A stretch of 64,000 nt of DNA from Flavobacteriales bacterium (GTDB lineage Bacteria; Bacteroidota; Bacteroidia; Palsa-965): NCBI GenBank assembly GCA_040377305.1, contig JBEIPA010000001.1:64001-128000 (forward strand). The letters run 5' to 3'. Under the pieces are notes generated by a model. The model was not told the DNA's origin. It saw only the letters and a list, made by a program, of their open reading frames with translations, and searched no databases. This document shows, one piece after another, positions 1-11,280 of the stretch. Numbering within the stretch: position 1 is the stretch's first letter; every line of letters begins with the position of its first letter. The position numbers were made by a program, and so were the translations under genes.

Positions 1-1077
1 AGCAACTTTGTAAATCATCTGCACGATTTCACAAAGTGGATCAACACCTTTTACATTCTTGATGTAGCGCTCATAAAAATCCTGTTGCGCTGTGAAACGC
101 GGATCTGTTTTACGCAGTACCGCATGACCATATCCCGGAACAACACGACCGTCTGCCAAAGTTTTGTGAATGTATTCTTCAACCTGCTTTTCGGTCGGCA
201 AATCTGAACCGATTTCTTCACGCATCTTGAGAATCCACATTATCACTTCCTGGTTCGCGAGTCCGTGCAATGGACCGGCAAGTCCGTTCAATCCTGCAGC
301 GAATGCCAGATACGGATCACTCAATGCAGAACCAACGAGGTGTGTCGTATGCGCACTAACATTTCCGCCTTCGTGATCAGCGTGAATCGTCATGTACAAA
401 CGCATTAAACGTTTTACATCGAACTCCTGGTAACCCATCATGTGCGCAATGTTCGCAGCCCAATCGAGTTTCGGATCAGGTTCAATGTGTTCGTTGTTGT
501 GGAATTTTTTTCTGTAGATGTATGCTGCAATTCGTGGAAGACGTGCAATGAGATTCATTGAATCTTCATAAACATAATCCCAATAATCTTTCTTGCTGAT
601 TCCTTCACGATATGCTTTTGCAAACAAAGATTCTGTCTGCATCGCCATCACACCAATCGAGAACATAGTCATCGGATGTGTTGAAGCTGGTAATTTATCA
701 AGCGTATCGAAAACATGTTTAGGAACAATTGCACGTCGCGCCCAGTTGTTTCCAAGAGAATAAACTTCTTCAGGTGTTGGAAGATCACCAGTAAGCATGA
801 GCCAGAAAATTCCTTCCGGCAATGGCTCTGTTCCATTCGGTGCTTTCGGTAACTTCTCACGCAATTCAGGAATTGTATAACCGCGGAAACGAATTCCTTC
901 TTCGGTGTCAAGCTTGGAAGTTTCTGTTACAAGTCCAGTAATACCTTTCATTCCCTGGTACACTTGCGCGACAGTATACTCTCCGAGTTTTTTGTCTCCG
1001 TGTTCTTTGATAATTGCTTTTACTTCAGCCGCCATCGGCTTTGCTTTCGCAATGAATTTTTCTTTCAACGTATCCAT
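1..1077 (-). CDS. gltA: citrate synthase, eukaryotic/mitochondrial type (3' end runs off window)
   Basis: Not in ORF track; translated by hand from ATG at 1077: MDTLKEKF...QVYQGMKGITGLVTETSKLDTEEGIRFRGYTIPELREKLPKA...EPLPEGIFWLMLTG; later DHEGGNVSAH, GLAGPLHG and GRVVPGYGHAVLRKTDPR. Confidence 0.92.
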   Translation of the reverse strand, partial: MDTLKEKFIAKAKPMAAEVKAIIKEHGDKKLGEYTVAQVYQGMKGITGLVTETSKLDTEEGIRFRGYTIPELREKLPKAPNGTEPLPEGIFWLMLTGDLPTPEEVYSLGNNWARRAIVPKHVFDTLDKLPASTHPMTMFSIGVMAMQTESLFAKAYREGISKKDYWDYVYEDSMNLIARLPRIAAYIYRKKFHNNEHIEPDPKLDWAANIAHMMGYQEFDVKRLMRLYMTIHADHEGGNVSAHTTHLVGSALSDPYLAFAAGLNGLAGPLHGLANQEVIMWILKMREEIGSDLPTEKQVEEYIHKTLADGRVVPGYGHAVLRKTDPRFTAQQDFYERYIKNVKGVDPLCEIVQMIYKVA

Positions 1078-1181
1078 AAAATGCGTGTTTTTGTAAGCGA
1101 AATGTGCTTGCCTCTAAGGTAGTGAGAAAAGCTACGTTCTGGCACTGTAAATCGCGGCTTTTTTTATCGCTGCGCGATGCT

Positions 1182-1318
1182 TTACCACGGCGGCACAGCG
1201 AGCACGGGGAAAATTTGTCTTTTGGTTTCTAAAGGCTATTCTTAAGGAGTCCATAAACACACCGAATAATAACAATAGCAGAAATGCCTCCACCGTGCTC
1301 GCCGTGCCGTCGTGGTAA
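1182..1318. repeat. ~137-bp element bounded by 26-bp inverted repeats (REP/MITE-like)
   Basis: TTACCACGGCGGCACAGCGAGCACGG (1182-1207) and CCGTGCTCGCCGTGCCGTCGTGGTAA (1293-1318) are reverse complements with 2 mismatches; inner GCTATT/AATAGC stem. Confidence 0.8.
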
Positions 1319-1333
1319 GGCTTTAGCCGAAGG

Positions 1334-2629
<1,296 letters not shown>

Positions 2630-2699
2630 TTAGTTGTTATGTCAGCCAGCGGCCGGTTTAAATTGAACCGTGGAAATCATCCCGCGGAGTAAAAAATAA

Positions 2700-2725
2700 A
2701 CAGGCGCACAATTTTGCGCGCCTGT
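2700..2725 (-). terminator. rho-independent terminator-like hairpin after carA
   Basis: Minus strand ACAGGCGCGCAA-AA-TTGTGCGCCTGT followed by TTATTTTTT. Confidence 0.6.
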
Positions 2726-2730
2726 GATGC

Positions 2731-3882
2731 TTATGCAGTAACTGGTTTCTTGACAGAATTCATCAGCGTTACAAAATCATCGAACAGATATTTTGCGTCA
2801 TGCGGTCCCGGCGATGCTTCCGGATGGTACTGCACGCAAAATACTTTCTTTGTTTTGTGGCGAAGTCCTTCGATGGTATGGTCGTTGAGATTCACGTGTG
2901 TGATCTCAATGTCTTTGTTATTCTGGGCTTCTTCGAGATGCACAGCGAAACCGTGATTCTGGGAAGTGATTTCTGATTTGCCTGTGATTACGTTCTTCAC
3001 CGGGTGGTTAATTCCGCGGTGACCGATTTTCGTTTTGTAAGTCGATAATCCGAAACACTGGGCAATCAACTGATGTCCGAGGCAGATTCCAAAAACAGGA
3101 ATGTTCGAGTTGATCAGCCTGGTGATGAGTGCTACTTCTTCGAGCATCACTGATGGATCTCCGGGACCATTCGAAATCATTATTCCATCCGGGTTCCATG
3201 CAATGATCTCTTCTGCAGAAGTTTTCATTGGGAAAACCTTCACATAGTTCCCGCGTTCTGCAAGACAGCGAATGATATTTTTCTTCACGCCAAGATCGAG
3301 CAACGCCACTTTACGCGGAGCACTTACTTCTCCGAAAGTGTATGCTGCTTTGGTCGACACCTTCGAAGAAAGTTCAAGTCCCGCCATTGATGGAACTTTT
3401 TTCAGTTGCTCTTTAAGCGAATCAATATCGAGATTATCCGAAGAGATAATGGCGTTCATCGCACCGGCATCGCGTATATGACGCACGATTGCACGTGTGT
3501 CTACTTCGCAAATGCCAACTACTTTTTCTTCGAGGAAATAGTCTTTGATCGATTTATCTGCAGCAGCGCGTGAATACGTTTCGGAAAATTTCTTACACAC
3601 GAGTCCGGCAATCTTGATCGAATCAGATTCCACTTCCGTGTTTTTGATTCCATAGTTGCCGATATGTACGTTTGTTGCAACCAGAATTTGCCCGAAGTAT
3701 GACGGATCAGTGAATACTTCCTGATACCCGCTCATGCCGGTATTGAAACAAATTTCTCCGGTTGTAGTGCCGATATGTCCGGCAGCTTTTCCATGAAAAA
3801 CGGTTCCGTCTTCCAGCACTAAAACTGCTGGTAACAAGGCAGTGTACTTCTGCCGGCTGGATCTTGATTCTTTTTCTTCCAC
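2731..3882 (-). CDS. carA: carbamoyl-phosphate synthase small subunit
   Basis: GEICFNTGMSGYQE, SNGPGDP, GICLGHQ, QYHPEASPGPHD; GTG start uncertain. Confidence 0.98.
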   Translation of the reverse strand: MEEKESRSSRQKYTALLPAVLVLEDGTVFHGKAAGHIGTTTGEICFNTGMSGYQEVFTDPSYFGQILVATNVHIGNYGIKNTEVESDSIKIAGLVCKKFSETYSRAAADKSIKDYFLEEKVVGICEVDTRAIVRHIRDAGAMNAIISSDNLDIDSLKEQLKKVPSMAGLELSSKVSTKAAYTFGEVSAPRKVALLDLGVKKNIIRCLAERGNYVKVFPMKTSAEEIIAWNPDGIMISNGPGDPSVMLEEVALITRLINSNIPVFGICLGHQLIAQCFGLSTYKTKIGHRGINHPVKNVITGKSEITSQNHGFAVHLEEAQNNKDIEITHVNLNDHTIEGLRHKTKKVFCVQYHPEASPGPHDAKYLFDDFVTLMNSVKKPVTA

Positions 3883-3902
3883 TTAAGCGCTTTATCTATA
3901 AA

Positions 3903-3940
3903 GAAAAAGGGACTCGGTAAAATTACCTCATCCCTTTTTT
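3903..3940 (-). terminator. terminator hairpin after rplQ
   Basis: AAAAAGGGA..GGTAA-AA-TTACC..TCCCTTTTTT inverted repeat with A/T tails on both sides. Confidence 0.7.
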
Positions 3941-3965
3941 GTGCTGAAATCAACTTGCTGACAAC

Positions 3966-4475
3966 TTATTCACTTTTCGGTTCTTCAGTTGTCGTTTCTG
4001 TTGCTGTTCCTTCTTCCGCTTTCTTGGTCTTACCGCGACCACGACGCGTTGTTTTAGCTTTCTTCTCGCCTTTGTTCGCGAGCATAACCTCGTTGTAATC
4101 AACCAGCTCGATCAAACACATGTCAGCGCCATCGTCACGACGTTTAGCCGTAGGTTTTGAGCTTACTGTAATGCTGTAGCGGATGATGCGGGTATATCCA
4201 CCAGGGCGGGTTCCCACTTTAGGTCCGATTTCTTTGAAGAGCTCCGTAACCGCTTCTTTGTTCTGCAAGTAGCTGAACACCTGACGGCGGTTGTGCTGGC
4301 TGTCTGTCTTAGAGCGTGTGATGATAGGCTCAACGTACACACGCAGCGCTTTCGCTTTTGCAAGTGTAGTGTTGATGCGCTTATTCATAATCAGCGACGC
4401 TGCCATGTTTGACATCAAAGCATGACGGTGAGCCGTTGTGCGCTTAAGGTTATTTACTTTATCTCCGTGTCTCAT
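3966..4475 (-). CDS. rplQ: 50S ribosomal protein L17
   Basis: MRHG..., [19 protein letters not shown]; follows rpoA. Confidence 0.97.
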   Translation of the reverse strand: MRHGDKVNNLKRTTAHRHALMSNMAASLIMNKRINTTLAKAKALRVYVEPIITRSKTDSQHNRRQVFSYLQNKEAVTELFKEIGPKVGTRPGGYTRIIRYSITVSSKPTAKRRDDGADMCLIELVDYNEVMLANKGEKKAKTTRRGRGKTKKAEEGTATETTTEEPKSE

Positions 4476-4480
4476 TTGTA

Positions 4481-4554
4481 AAGTTGTTAAGTCTTTAAGT
4501 TGTTAAGTTGGCAAGTAGACTCGCCTACTCATGGACTTAATGACTTTTTACTAA
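4481..4554. repeat. degenerate 8-bp-period repeat (AAGTnnnn), followed by opposite-orientation units
   Basis: AAGTTGTT AAGTCTTT AAGTTGTT AAGTTGGC AAGTAGAC, then CTACTCAT GGACTTAA TGACTTTT in the rpoA-rplQ spacer. Confidence 0.6.
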
Positions 4555-5547
4555 TTAGTCTCTGTCCAGTTTATACTTCGCAACGTTCATTCCGAAGTTG
4601 AGTCCTTTGCTTGCAACGAGTTCTTCGAGTTCTGTCAATGACTTCTTACCGAAGTTGCGGAACTTTAAAAGGTCGTTTTTGTTGAATGACACCAGATCGC
4701 CCAGTGTTTCAACGTCAGCTGCTTTAAGGCAGTTGAGTGCACGTACTGAAAGGTCCATATCAACAAGCTTTGTTTTCAAAAGCTGGCGCATGTGCAATGA
4801 ATCTTCATCAAACTCTTCAGAAGATGCTTTCTCCACTGTGTCAAGAGTGATCTTGTCGTCAGAGAACAACATGAAGTGATGGATGAGGATTTTCGCAGCT
4901 TCTTTCAATGCGTCTTTCGGGTGAATAGACCCGTCCGTTACGATTTCAAGAATCAGTTTCTCGTAGTCAGTCTTCTGTTCCACACGGTAGTTCTCAACAG
5001 AGAATTTCACGTTGCGGATCGGCGTGTAGATCGCGTCGATAGGAATTAAACCGATAGGGGCATTCACCGGTTTGTTCTCTTCAGAAGGAACGTAACCACG
5101 TCCTTTTTCAATCGTGAGCTCAATTTTGAGTTTCACGTTTGCTTCCATATTGCAGATTACGAAATCAGGATTCAACACCTGGAAACCAGAAGTGAATTTA
5201 CCGATATCGCCAGCAGTCAATTGCGTTTTGCCAGTGATGTTTACAACAACCTTTTCGCTGTCTGTAGTTTCGATCTGGCGTTTAAAGCGGATCTGTTTGA
5301 AATTCAGAACCATTTCGGTAACGTCTTCGATCACGCCTTTGATGGTAGAGAACTCATGTTCTACACCTTCAACGCGGATGGTTGTGATCGCATAACCTTC
5401 CAAAGAAGAAAGGAGAATACGACGCAACGCGTTTCCGATAGTGATACCATAACCAGGTTCAAGCGGGCGGAATTCGAAAAGTCCGTCTGTTTCGCTTGAC
5501 TGAATCATGATCACCTTATCTGGTTTCTGAAATGCTAGGATACCCAT
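4555..5547 (-). CDS. rpoA: RNA polymerase alpha subunit
   Basis: [37 protein letters not shown]. Confidence 0.99.
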   Translation of the reverse strand: MGILAFQKPDKVIMIQSSETDGLFEFRPLEPGYGITIGNALRRILLSSLEGYAITTIRVEGVEHEFSTIKGVIEDVTEMVLNFKQIRFKRQIETTDSEKVVVNITGKTQLTAGDIGKFTSGFQVLNPDFVICNMEANVKLKIELTIEKGRGYVPSEENKPVNAPIGLIPIDAIYTPIRNVKFSVENYRVEQKTDYEKLILEIVTDGSIHPKDALKEAAKILIHHFMLFSDDKITLDTVEKASSEEFDEDSLHMRQLLKTKLVDMDLSVRALNCLKAADVETLGDLVSFNKNDLLKFRNFGKKSLTELEELVASKGLNFGMNVAKYKLDRD

Positions 5548-5606
5548 AGTGATATTGAGAGTTTGTTATTGTTTAACTTAATTGAAAGAACAAGTACGAA
5601 TAAGTA

Positions 5607-6209
5607 TTACTTAGAATACAATTCGACGATCAGCTGTTCTTTAATGTTTTCAGGAATCTGTGTACGCTCAGGGAACGTTACGAATTTGCCTTCCATTGCT
5701 GTCGGGTTGAATTCGATCCACGAGTAATTGCTTCCTGCGCCCATTGATGCGTTGATCGATTCGAGAGACTTTGAACGCTCACGAACTGCAATCATATCAC
5801 CAGGCTGAAGTGTGTAAGATGGAATGTTCACCACTTCTCCGTTAACGAGAATGTGACGGTGAGAAACCAGCTGACGTGCACCTGCGCGTGTTGGCGCAAG
5901 GCCCATGCGGTAAACAACATTATCCAAACGAGCTTCGATCAACTGGAGGAGAACCTCACCTGTGATTCCTTTAGAACGTGAAGCGCGATCAAAAATGATT
6001 GCGAACTGGCGCTCAAGAAGGCCGTAAGTATATTTCACTTTCTGTTTTTCAGAAAGCTGTACTGCGTATTCAGATTTCTTTTGACGCTTTGATCCGGCAC
6101 CGTGTTGTCCTGGTCCGTATGCTTTCTTTTCGAGAGCCTTGTCGGGTCCGAAAATAGGTTCTTTAAACCTGCGTGCAATCTTTGATTTTGGTCCTATATA
6201 TCTAGCCAT
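5607..6209 (-). CDS. rpsD: 30S ribosomal protein S4
   Basis: [26 protein letters not shown]. Confidence 0.99.
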   Translation of the reverse strand: MARYIGPKSKIARRFKEPIFGPDKALEKKAYGPGQHGAGSKRQKKSEYAVQLSEKQKVKYTYGLLERQFAIIFDRASRSKGITGEVLLQLIEARLDNVVYRMGLAPTRAGARQLVSHRHILVNGEVVNIPSYTLQPGDMIAVRERSKSLESINASMGAGSNYSWIEFNPTAMEGKFVTFPERTQIPENIKEQLIVELYSK

Positions 6210-6229
6210 TGTAGTGGTTCTTTAGAAGA

Positions 6230-6655
6230 TTAAACGCGACGACGTTTTGGTGGGCGACATCCGTTGTGCGGGATTGGAGTGATGTCGACGATTTCAGTGA
6301 TTTCGATTCCCGCCTGGTTAAGTGTACGGATAGCAGACTCGCGACCAGCGCCAGGTCCTTTCACGTAAACTTTCACCTTGCGCAAACCTGCGTCGAACGC
6401 AACTTTACCGCAATCAGATGCTGCAGTTTGAGCAGCATAAGGTGTGTTCTTCTTAGAACCACGGAATCCCATTTTACCTGCAGAAGACCAAGAGATTGTC
6501 TGGCCCTGAAGATTAGTGAGCGTGATAATGATGTTGTTGAACGTAGCGTTTATGTGCGCTTCGCCGGTAGCTTCTACCTTCACAACGCGCTTCTTCGCAG
6601 CTTTTGCAGCCGGCTTATTGCCCGTTGATCCTTTTGTTTGTTCTTGTTTTGCCAT
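6230..6655 (-). CDS. rpsK: 30S ribosomal protein S11
   Basis: [27 protein letters not shown]. Confidence 0.99.
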   Translation of the reverse strand: MAKQEQTKGSTGNKPAAKAAKKRVVKVEATGEAHINATFNNIIITLTNLQGQTISWSSAGKMGFRGSKKNTPYAAQTAASDCGKVAFDAGLRKVKVYVKGPGAGRESAIRTLNQAGIEITEIVDITPIPHNGCRPPKRRRV

Positions 6656-6708
6656 TGTTGTCTATCAGTTACGCCGCCGCGTACGTCCCGGCGATCAGTA
6701 TGATTCTA

Positions 6709-7086
6709 TTATTTAACTGCTTTCTTCTTGTTCGCAACAGTCTTACGTTTCCCTTTACGGGTACGTGAGTTGTTTTTAGTTGATTGACCGCGAACAGGCA
6801 GTCCTACACGGTGACGAACACCACGGTAACATCCGATATCCATCAGACGTTTGATGTTCAACTGTGTTTCAGAACGAAGAGCGCCTTCAACTTTTGAAGA
6901 TTCAGTAATGATCGTACGGATCTTGTTCAGATCGTCGTCGTCCCATTCAGAAACTTTCTTGTCGAAATTTACACCAGCTTCGGTAAGGATACGTTGCGCA
7001 CTGCTGCGTCCAATTCCGTAGATGTAGGTAAGGCCAATTTCGCCTCTTTTGTTTTTTGGTAAATCGATACCAGCAATACGAGCCAT
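6709..7086 (-). CDS. rpsM: 30S ribosomal protein S13
   Basis: [26 protein letters not shown]. Confidence 0.99.
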   Translation of the reverse strand: MARIAGIDLPKNKRGEIGLTYIYGIGRSSAQRILTEAGVNFDKKVSEWDDDDLNKIRTIITESSKVEGALRSETQLNIKRLMDIGCYRGVRHRVGLPVRGQSTKNNSRTRKGKRKTVANKKKAVK

Positions 7087-7122
7087 TTATCGTGTTGTTA
7101 TTGTTTTCTTACTCTTGACAGA

Positions 7123-7242
7123 TCAGTTTTTCTGACGCTGCTTGAACTTTGGGTTCTTTTTGTTGATCACGTAAACGCGGCCTTTGCGTCGCACTACGAT
7201 GCAATCTGCGCTGCGCTTCTTGACAGATGTTCTAACTTTCAT
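7123..7242 (-). CDS. rpmJ: 50S ribosomal protein L36 (Zn-free type)
   Basis: Below ORF-track size cutoff; hand translation [39 protein letters not shown]; lies between infA and rpsM. Confidence 0.96.
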   Translation of the reverse strand: MKVRTSVKKRSADCIVVRRKGRVYVINKKNPKFKQRQKN

Positions 7243-7294
7243 CTTACTCTATTTTTCGTTTCTCCTTCCGCTCTCACGGTATTTGAAACATGGT

Positions 7295-7513
7295 TTATTT
7301 ATATCTGTACGTTATTCTTCCTTTACTCAAATCGTATGGCGAAATCTCCACTTTTACTTTGTCGCCAGGGAGAATCTTGATGTAATTCATTCTCATCTTC
7401 CCGGAGATGTGAGCTACTACCACGTGACCATTTTCGAGTTCTACGCGAAACATCGCGTTAGATAATGCCTCTAGAATGGTACCGTCCTGCTCAATTGATT
7501 CTGTTTTTGCCAT
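7295..7513 (-). CDS. infA: translation initiation factor IF-1
   Basis: [33 protein letters not shown]. Confidence 0.99.
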   Translation of the reverse strand: MAKTESIEQDGTILEALSNAMFRVELENGHVVVAHISGKMRMNYIKILPGDKVKVEISPYDLSKGRITYRYK

Positions 7514-8305
7514 TTATATTATTTCAATCATTCTTTCTTTTAATACTTGTTCAATCTCGTTGAACGACGACAGTATATCTGCCTTTCCTTGTCTTACTGC
7601 AACCGTGTGCTCGAAATGCGCTGATGGCATTCCGTCGGCTGTTGTAATGGTCCACCCGTCGCTGTGTTGCTTCACCTTTTTCGTTCCCATGTTAACCATC
7701 GGTTCGATTGCGATCACCAATCCTGCTGCCAGTTTTGGACCTGTGCCCTTACGTCCGTAATTCGGAACTTCAGGTTCTTCGTGAAGATGTTTACCAACTC
7801 CATGTCCAACCAATTCGCGAACTACTCCGTAACCATGATGCTCTGCATGTTCCTGAACAGCGGCACTGATGTCACCAAGTCTTCCTCCTGCTACCGCCTT
7901 TTCAATTCCGCGATAGAGAGATTCCTTTGTAACTCTCAGTAACTGCAGCACTTCGGGTTTCACCTCTCCAATAGGGAAAGTATAGGCCGAATCGCCGTAG
8001 TAACCATTCATTTTCACTCCACAGTCGACAGAAATAATGTCGCCCGATTTCAGTTCGTACTTACCCGGAATTCCGTGAACAACCTGCGAGTTTATAGAAA
8101 CGCAGAGTGTACCGGGAAAACCGCGGTAACCTTTGAACGCCGGGACTCCACCATGACTGCGGATAAAATCTTCCGCAATCTTATCGAGTGCCAGTGTAGT
8201 GATGCCTTCACGAATTTCTCGCGCAACGGCAGCATGGGTCATTCCAACAAGCAAAGAACTCTGACGTATGAGCTCAATCTCTTCTTCTGTCTTCAGTAGA
8301 ATCAT
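7514..8305 (-). CDS. map: methionine aminopeptidase type I
   Basis: VVHGIP, GYYGDSA, GHGVG..LHEEP, AIEPMVN, SAHFEHT. Confidence 0.98.
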   Translation of the reverse strand: MILLKTEEEIELIRQSSLLVGMTHAAVAREIREGITTLALDKIAEDFIRSHGGVPAFKGYRGFPGTLCVSINSQVVHGIPGKYELKSGDIISVDCGVKMNGYYGDSAYTFPIGEVKPEVLQLLRVTKESLYRGIEKAVAGGRLGDISAAVQEHAEHHGYGVVRELVGHGVGKHLHEEPEVPNYGRKGTGPKLAAGLVIAIEPMVNMGTKKVKQHSDGWTITTADGMPSAHFEHTVAVRQGKADILSSFNEIEQVLKERMIEII

Positions 8306-8313
8306 ACTGCTTA

Positions 8314-9663
8314 CTAGTATTGGGCAGCTGCCGTCATACCTGAAGAAGTACGTCCTTTGATACGGCCGGACTTCAAGAGTCCATCGTAGTGACGCATGAG
8401 AAGATAACTTTCAATTTGTTGCAGCGTATCCAATACAACACCCACAAGGATGAGGATTGAAGTTCCGCCGTAGAACTGTGCGAACTCGTTGTTAACTCCG
8501 AAGTTCACTACGAACGCAGGAAGGATCGCTACTAATGCGAGCATTATTGCGCCCGGTAAAGTAATACGCGACATAACCTGGTCAATGTATTCAGCTGTTT
8601 TCTTTCCTGGCTTAATACCCGGAATGTAACCTTCATTGCGCTTCATTTCTTCAGCCATCATGTTAGGGTTAACAGTGATTGCTGTGTAGAAATAAGTGAA
8701 CACGATGATAAGAAGTGCAGTAAACATGTTGTACCAAAGACCGTAATGATCGCTAAAGTTGCGAACGAACCAGTTTGCTTCTCCTTCACCTTGCGCGAAT
8801 CCAGCAATCTGGATTGGAATCATTACGATTGCCTGTGCGAAGATGATTGGCATTACACCAGACGCGTTTACTTTCAGTGGAATGTAGTTACGCTGACCGC
8901 CGTACTGGCGGTTTCCAACGATACGCTTCGCGAAGTGAATCGGTATACGACGTGTTCCCTGTACGAGTAGAATACATCCGATAACAATCAACAGAAGAAC
9001 TGCAAGCTCAACGAGGAACATGATCAATCCACCACCTGATGATTCGAGACGTGAAGCGAATTCAGCACCGAATGCGAATGGAAGACGTGCAACAATTCCG
9101 ATCATGATGATCAAAGAGATACCGTTACCGATTCCTTTGTCAGTGATTTTCTCACCGAGCCACATTACAAACATGGTTCCTGTAACGAGAATCACGATAG
9201 ACTGTACGTACCAGAAGCTGCTGTGGTCGATTACTACACCGGCCTTATCAGTAACCTGAGTTGAGAGGTAACCAATTGCCTGAAGTGCAGTGATACCAAC
9301 GGTGAGGTAGCGTGTGTACTGGTTGATTTTCTTTCTGCCGCTTTCACCTTCACGCTGCATGCGCTGGAAATACGGCAACGCCATTGTCAAAAGCTGGAGG
9401 ATGATCGATGCCGAAATGTAAGGCATGATACCCAACGCAAAAATTGACGCACGGCTGAATGCACCGCCTGCGAAAATGTTAATGAGACCAAGAATACCAT
9501 CTTGCTCTGTAGCCGATTCTGCAAGCTTCACCGGATCAATGCCAGGAAGGACGATATACGACCCGAGGCGATAGATCAAGAGGAAAAACAGCGTGTAAAC
9601 AATACGCTGTCTCAACTCCTCAATGGAGAAGATATTCCTAATCGTTTCTATGAACTTCTTCAT
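8314..9663 (-). CDS. secY: preprotein translocase subunit SecY
   Basis: ALGIMPYISASII, GIGNGISLII, GVMPIIFA, IPGIKPG; start moved to MKKFIET (9663) to avoid overlapping rplO. Confidence 0.98.
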   Translation of the reverse strand: MKKFIETIRNIFSIEELRQRIVYTLFFLLIYRLGSYIVLPGIDPVKLAESATEQDGILGLINIFAGGAFSRASIFALGIMPYISASIILQLLTMALPYFQRMQREGESGRKKINQYTRYLTVGITALQAIGYLSTQVTDKAGVVIDHSSFWYVQSIVILVTGTMFVMWLGEKITDKGIGNGISLIIMIGIVARLPFAFGAEFASRLESSGGGLIMFLVELAVLLLIVIGCILLVQGTRRIPIHFAKRIVGNRQYGGQRNYIPLKVNASGVMPIIFAQAIVMIPIQIAGFAQGEGEANWFVRNFSDHYGLWYNMFTALLIIVFTYFYTAITVNPNMMAEEMKRNEGYIPGIKPGKKTAEYIDQVMSRITLPGAIMLALVAILPAFVVNFGVNNEFAQFYGGTSILILVGVVLDTLQQIESYLLMRHYDGLLKSGRIKGRTSSGMTAAAQY

Positions 9664-9664
9664 A

Positions 9665-10114
9665 CTAAACTGTTGTGGCGCTTCCGCCTTTTGCTTCAAT
9701 AGCCGCTTTTGCAGTTGCAGAGAAAGCGTTAGCCGTCACGTCAACTTTTGTTGTGAGTTCTCCGCGTCCAAGGATCTTCACCAGGTCGTTTTTACCTGCG
9801 AGTCCATTTGCACGAAGTGCTTCGATGTCGATTGTAGCAAGCTTCTTCTTATCAGCCAGCTGCTGGATTGCATCGAGGTTAATTCCCTTGTACTCTACAC
9901 GGTTCATGTTCTTGAAACCGAACTTCGGCAAACGACGCTGAAGTGGCATTTGTCCACCTTCGTGTCCGCGCTTACGGCTGTAACCAGAACGCGACTGAGC
10001 ACCTTTGTGACCACGTGCAGCAGTTCCGCCTTTGCCTGAACCTTCTCCACGGCCAACGCGTTTGCCTTCTTTATGTACTGAACCTTTTGCAGGTGTGAGA
10101 TTGTTTAATTTCAT
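9665..10114 (-). CDS. rplO: 50S ribosomal protein L15
   Basis: RVGRGEGSGKG, EGGQMPLQRRLPKFGF. Confidence 0.99.
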   Translation of the reverse strand: MKLNNLTPAKGSVHKEGKRVGRGEGSGKGGTAARGHKGAQSRSGYSRKRGHEGGQMPLQRRLPKFGFKNMNRVEYKGINLDAIQQLADKKKLATIDIEALRANGLAGKNDLVKILGRGELTTKVDVTANAFSATAKAAIEAKGGSATTV

Positions 10115-10131
10115 GAGTGTAATCTCCCTGA

Positions 10132-10311
10132 TTAGATATTTTCAACTTTAACAAGGTGTTGAACCTTGGCGATCATTCCTTTGATTTGCGCAGTAGCTTC
10201 TTTTTCTACTGAGCGATTCATGCGCTTGAGCCCAAGTGCAGCCAGAGTATCTTTCTGACGTGCCGGGTAGTCAATGCAGCTTTTCACTTGTGTGATGCGA
10301 ACTTTAGACAT
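10132..10311 (-). CDS. rpmD: 50S ribosomal protein L30
   Basis: Not in ORF track (59 aa); MSKVRITQVKSCIDYPARQKDTLAALGLKRMNRSVEKEATAQIKGMIAKVQHLVKVENI*. Confidence 0.96.
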   Translation of the reverse strand: MSKVRITQVKSCIDYPARQKDTLAALGLKRMNRSVEKEATAQIKGMIAKVQHLVKVENI

Positions 10312-10322
10312 CGTGCGTGGTA

Positions 10323-10841
10323 TTAACCGTTAAAAACTTTATCCATTGTGATTCCACGCTGCTGAGCAACAGTGTATGCGTCACGCATGTTCATGAGTGC
10401 ATCCATTGTAGCTTTCACCACGTTGTGTGGGTTAGAAGACCCTTTGCTCTTCGCAAGTACGTCTGTAACACCTACTGATTCAAGCACAGCGCGCATAGCG
10501 CCACCTGCGATTACACCAGTACCATGTGAAGCGGGCTTGAGGAACACCAGTGATCCACCGAACTTTCCTGTCTGCGGATGCGGAACAGTTCCATTCACGA
10601 TAGAAACTTTCACAAGATTCTTCTTCGCATCTTCAATCGCTTTAGTGATTGCGTCAGTTACTTCCTTTGCTTTACCAAGACCATAACCAACTACTCCTTT
10701 TTCGTTGCCTACAACTACGATCGCAGTGAAGCTGAACGTGCGTCCACCTTTGGTTACTTTGGTTACACGCTGTACACCAACCAACTTATCCTTAAGTTCG
10801 ATGTCGCTTGATTTAACGCGCTTTACGTTTACGTTAGCCAT
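10323..10841 (-). CDS. rpsE: 30S ribosomal protein S5
   Basis: [30 protein letters not shown]. Confidence 0.99.
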   Translation of the reverse strand: MANVNVKRVKSSDIELKDKLVGVQRVTKVTKGGRTFSFTAIVVVGNEKGVVGYGLGKAKEVTDAITKAIEDAKKNLVKVSIVNGTVPHPQTGKFGGSLVFLKPASHGTGVIAGGAMRAVLESVGVTDVLAKSKGSSNPHNVVKATMDALMNMRDAYTVAQQRGITMDKVFNG

Positions 10842-10877
10842 TTTTCTTTTTATCTGTGCTCTTTATCAGAGATTCAA

Positions 10878-11234
10878 TTATAATTTAAGACCTGCTTCGC
10901 GTGCTGCTTCTGCGAGTGCTTTCACACGTCCGTGGTAGAGATATCCGCCACGATCGAAAACGACCTCGCTGATACCTTTTGCTTTTGCTGCTTCAGCAAT
11001 AGCTGCTCCAACCAATTTCGCTTGTTCAAGCTTTGCAACTTTTTTCCCGGCAAGTGCTTTGTCGCGTGATGATGCTGCAACAAGGGTAGTGCCTTTAGTA
11101 TCGTCGATGATCTGAACGTAGATGTCTTTATTGCTACGGAACACACTCAAACGTGGTGCCGCTGCAGTTCCAGACAGGCGCTTACGGATGCGCATCCGGA
11201 TTCTGTTTCTGCGTTCGATTTTTGTGATAGCCAT
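10878..11234 (-). CDS. rplR: 50S ribosomal protein L18
   Basis: [22 protein letters not shown]. Confidence 0.99.
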   Translation of the reverse strand: MAITKIERRNRIRMRIRKRLSGTAAAPRLSVFRSNKDIYVQIIDDTKGTTLVAASSRDKALAGKKVAKLEQAKLVGAAIAEAAKAKGISEVVFDRGGYLYHGRVKALAEAAREAGLKL

Positions 11235-11280
11235 TTTATCTTTCTTTAGTCGCGCGGTTTTTGCCGAGCTATGTTTTTAA

